Source of the DNA: Phoronis australis
Lineage: Eukaryota; Animalia; Phoronida
Direction: 5' to 3'
Length of the DNA: 64,000 nucleotides
Assembly (NCBI GenBank): GCA_002633005.1
Contig: NMRA01000174.1
Location: 265,754-329,753 of the forward strand
The notes below the pieces were generated by a model that was given only the letters and a program-made list of their open reading frames with translations, made no database searches and was not told the origin of the DNA. A program made the translations under genes and the position numbers. Below, piece by piece: positions 61,564 to 64,000 of the stretch. Position 1 is the first letter of the stretch; each line of letters begins with the position of its first letter.

Positions 61564-62989
61564 CAAGGCAGTTTTAGGAAGCTATTTGTAAACATTCTCA
61601 ATAAAAATGTTGAAACTTAAGTTGCTTTTTGTGCTCACATTTTTCGTGTCAGTCCTTTGGCTGAAATGAACAAAAATGATTTTGGAACAGAATATATGCC
61701 TCACTACTCTCTGAAAATTTTATTTCAAAAATTGCGTGAAATTCCCCTCACCAGACCCAAAAGTTACCTTGACTGATCAAAAATTCCCACCGAGATTAGC
61801 AGCAGTTTCAACAAGCATAGACACTACGCATCAGAAAACTTTTTAACTGTAACAAGTCCACACCTCAGTCATGCTTTGCAGCCTCAGTGTAGACAGGATA
61901 TGCGTAGACAGATTGAAACAAGATCCCATGGCATGGCTCAGAGTCCAATGTGTTATTCCTGGTTGGAAAATTTGATTTGACTAGGCAATGACTGTTATTT
62001 AGAGAGGACTTCTGATTATTATTTCTAAAATTCCGGGGTAATTGTTTAAAATATGACGACATTGACGTACACACGATTTTTGTATCGTTTGATTCCACTT
62101 ATGAGTCTCATTCCAAAATTACATTATTTCTGGTTGACACCAACATGCTTGCTTCACTCCAGATTACAGCAGCACCTGTTGCTAATGAATGAAACTGCAT
62201 CATTGATTCTGAATGGAGTTTGCCTGCAACATTCCTCCTTAAGTTACCCTGAGATAACATGAAGCAACAAGGGGCACCATTTCACCCTTTTCCACAAACT
62301 TTTAGAATTGTGACCATTTGACCCTTTTCCATGAAATTCCCTGAAGTGATACCCTATTCACGACTTTGGATCTTGAAAACAACCCCTTTTTTTTCACAGA
62401 ATCTTGTTACTAGGGCCACCTTAGGAATTCGAGCCCTTAGCCTAGGACAGTAGCTCAGGCCCAGGGGCGACAGGTCTCAGCCAGTTTGAACTGCAGACTA
62501 AGGGTATTGGTAGAATAGTTCATTTTTTTGCTGACAGATGACTCCTTCCATTGAACATGGCAGTATCACAACTGCGAAATAGTGCAAGAAGATATTTGAT
62601 AGTAAAATACTAACGGAACGGGGTAGGAGACATTTTCGGGTATATTAGGAATGATAACGATGCGAGGAATCGAACGATACCAAAACCATGTGTGTAGTTT
62701 AATGTCATCGCATTGTAAACAATAACTAAATCAGGAATTATTACATCCCACAATGACCAAAGTTACCGAACTGGCCACACGGAAAAAAATACAAAAAGTA
62801 AACACAAGCCAAACATAAACACAATTTGCATTTTGTCTGTCACTTCTGTCACACATACAACAATAGCAGCCTTAAATCCCAGAGACTAGAAGTACTCTTC
62901 CGTGAATACAGAACATTTCGCAACGATACTTGACTCTTCTTTCAGTACTGCTCAAACGATTTATCTGTAAAACGACGACACAGAAATAA

Positions 62990-63225
62990 CATTTCTGGTG
63001 ATCTCTTAATTTCCGGATTACATATTTTCCCACAATGCTTTAGCAAAAGCCACATTAAAAAGTTGTAAATAAGGATGCAGTGGAAATCAATGCAAATATA
63101 AACAATCAAAATGAAATTTTTTGACAGAAATCAAAATTTTAGCTACCAATTTTAATACTGATTGACAAGATTGATAACTGTGGCTACACATTGTTAGCAG
63201 AAAACCTGACCTACTTTTGTTAAGC
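62990..63225. promoter_or_regulatory. Putative bidirectional promoter of USP8 and MESD
   Basis: Head-to-head genes; TTCCGG (ETS) at 63011, TTCCCACAATGC (ZNF143/Staf-type) at 63027, CCAAT near 63146. Confidence 0.55.
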
Positions 63226-63402
63226 ATGGACGCACGTTTGTTCGCGTTGTTTTGCCTTTGTATCCTTTTCGTTCTTTCTGATTGTGATAAAGACAAAACC
63301 AGTGACAAAAAAGACTCCAAGAAAGCTGAAGAAAAATGGAAGAAAAAGGATATTCGAGATTACGATGATGCGGATTTGGAGAGACTTTATGAACAGTGGG
63401 AG
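63226..63402 (+). CDS. MESD: LRP chaperone MESD (boca), exon 1; gene continues beyond the window
   Basis: Signal peptide MDARLFALFCLCILFVLS, then the MESD hallmark KKKDIRDYDDADLERLYEQWE, then a GTGCGT donor in phase 0. Confidence 0.93.
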
Positions 63403-64000
63403 GTGCGTTTCGTGCCCCATAATCGATTCATTGACACAGTTCGACCTGGCATATTTTCATTGGTCACTGCTAGTGCTAGTTGGTCCTGTCCCCTGATAAA
63501 ATACGAAAAGTTTAAGATTAATTTATTGAAAAATGGTGCAATTCACCATTTCAGAGTGAACCTATGGGATCAAAATCTCAATGTTGAAAAATCAATATTG
63601 ACCCCTCAAATTCAAGTTTGTACTGTACACATAGTGTACCTAATTATCGGAGGGAACCTAAATATCGGACATTTCATAGAATCTTACTTGAAGCATAATC
63701 TGAGAATTAAATGACACCAATTTTTGTTCCGTTGTAATGCATTCAATGTCCGGCACCGTCTAGTTTTTTAAAGCGTTGCCTCGTTTTGATTTCACCGAGA
63801 GAGGGTGCAATTTAGACCCCCAAGTCGGCCTAAAATGGACGATCGCATAAATCGGTTATAAAAGTTGAAAATAAAATCTTTTTCCACAATGAAACCATCT
63901 CATTGAACTGACAATATGTCACTGTTCCATTTTTTCGTTTGTTTTTAAACTCAAGTCAAACCCCGGCCGCGCACGTGCGGGTGTCATATCAAGAAGCCTA

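Overview
AT-rich, intron-rich animal (invertebrate-type) genomic DNA, not prokaryotic. Three genes can be built from splice sites and conserved motifs: a 3-exon LYSMD1/2-like gene (+, 22391-29272, 246 aa), a complete 24-coding-exon USP8 deubiquitinase gene (-, 33675-61198, 1317 aa by my exon sum) lying tail-to-tail with it, and the first exon of MESD (+, 63226-63402) head-to-head with USP8. The first 22 kb has no recognisable gene. It holds an RTE LINE 3' fragment, MITEs and minisatellites, and may be intron of an unseen minus-strand gene. Three near-exact duplications next to N gaps are probably assembly or haplotype artefacts. Most notable: (i) several tRNA-like Pol III modules enclosed in inverted repeats, three of which place GGC at the anticodon position on two different stems; (ii) a Penelope-type palindromic insertion with a U3-A8 minimal hammerhead whose sense copy is broken by a Harbinger-type MITE in the probable LYSMD 3' UTR; (iii) a Tc2/pogo-type element carrying a decayed HIRAN-like gene; (iv) a canonical WW domain and an atypical His-box micro-exon in USP8. 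All calls are by eye; no searches were run.
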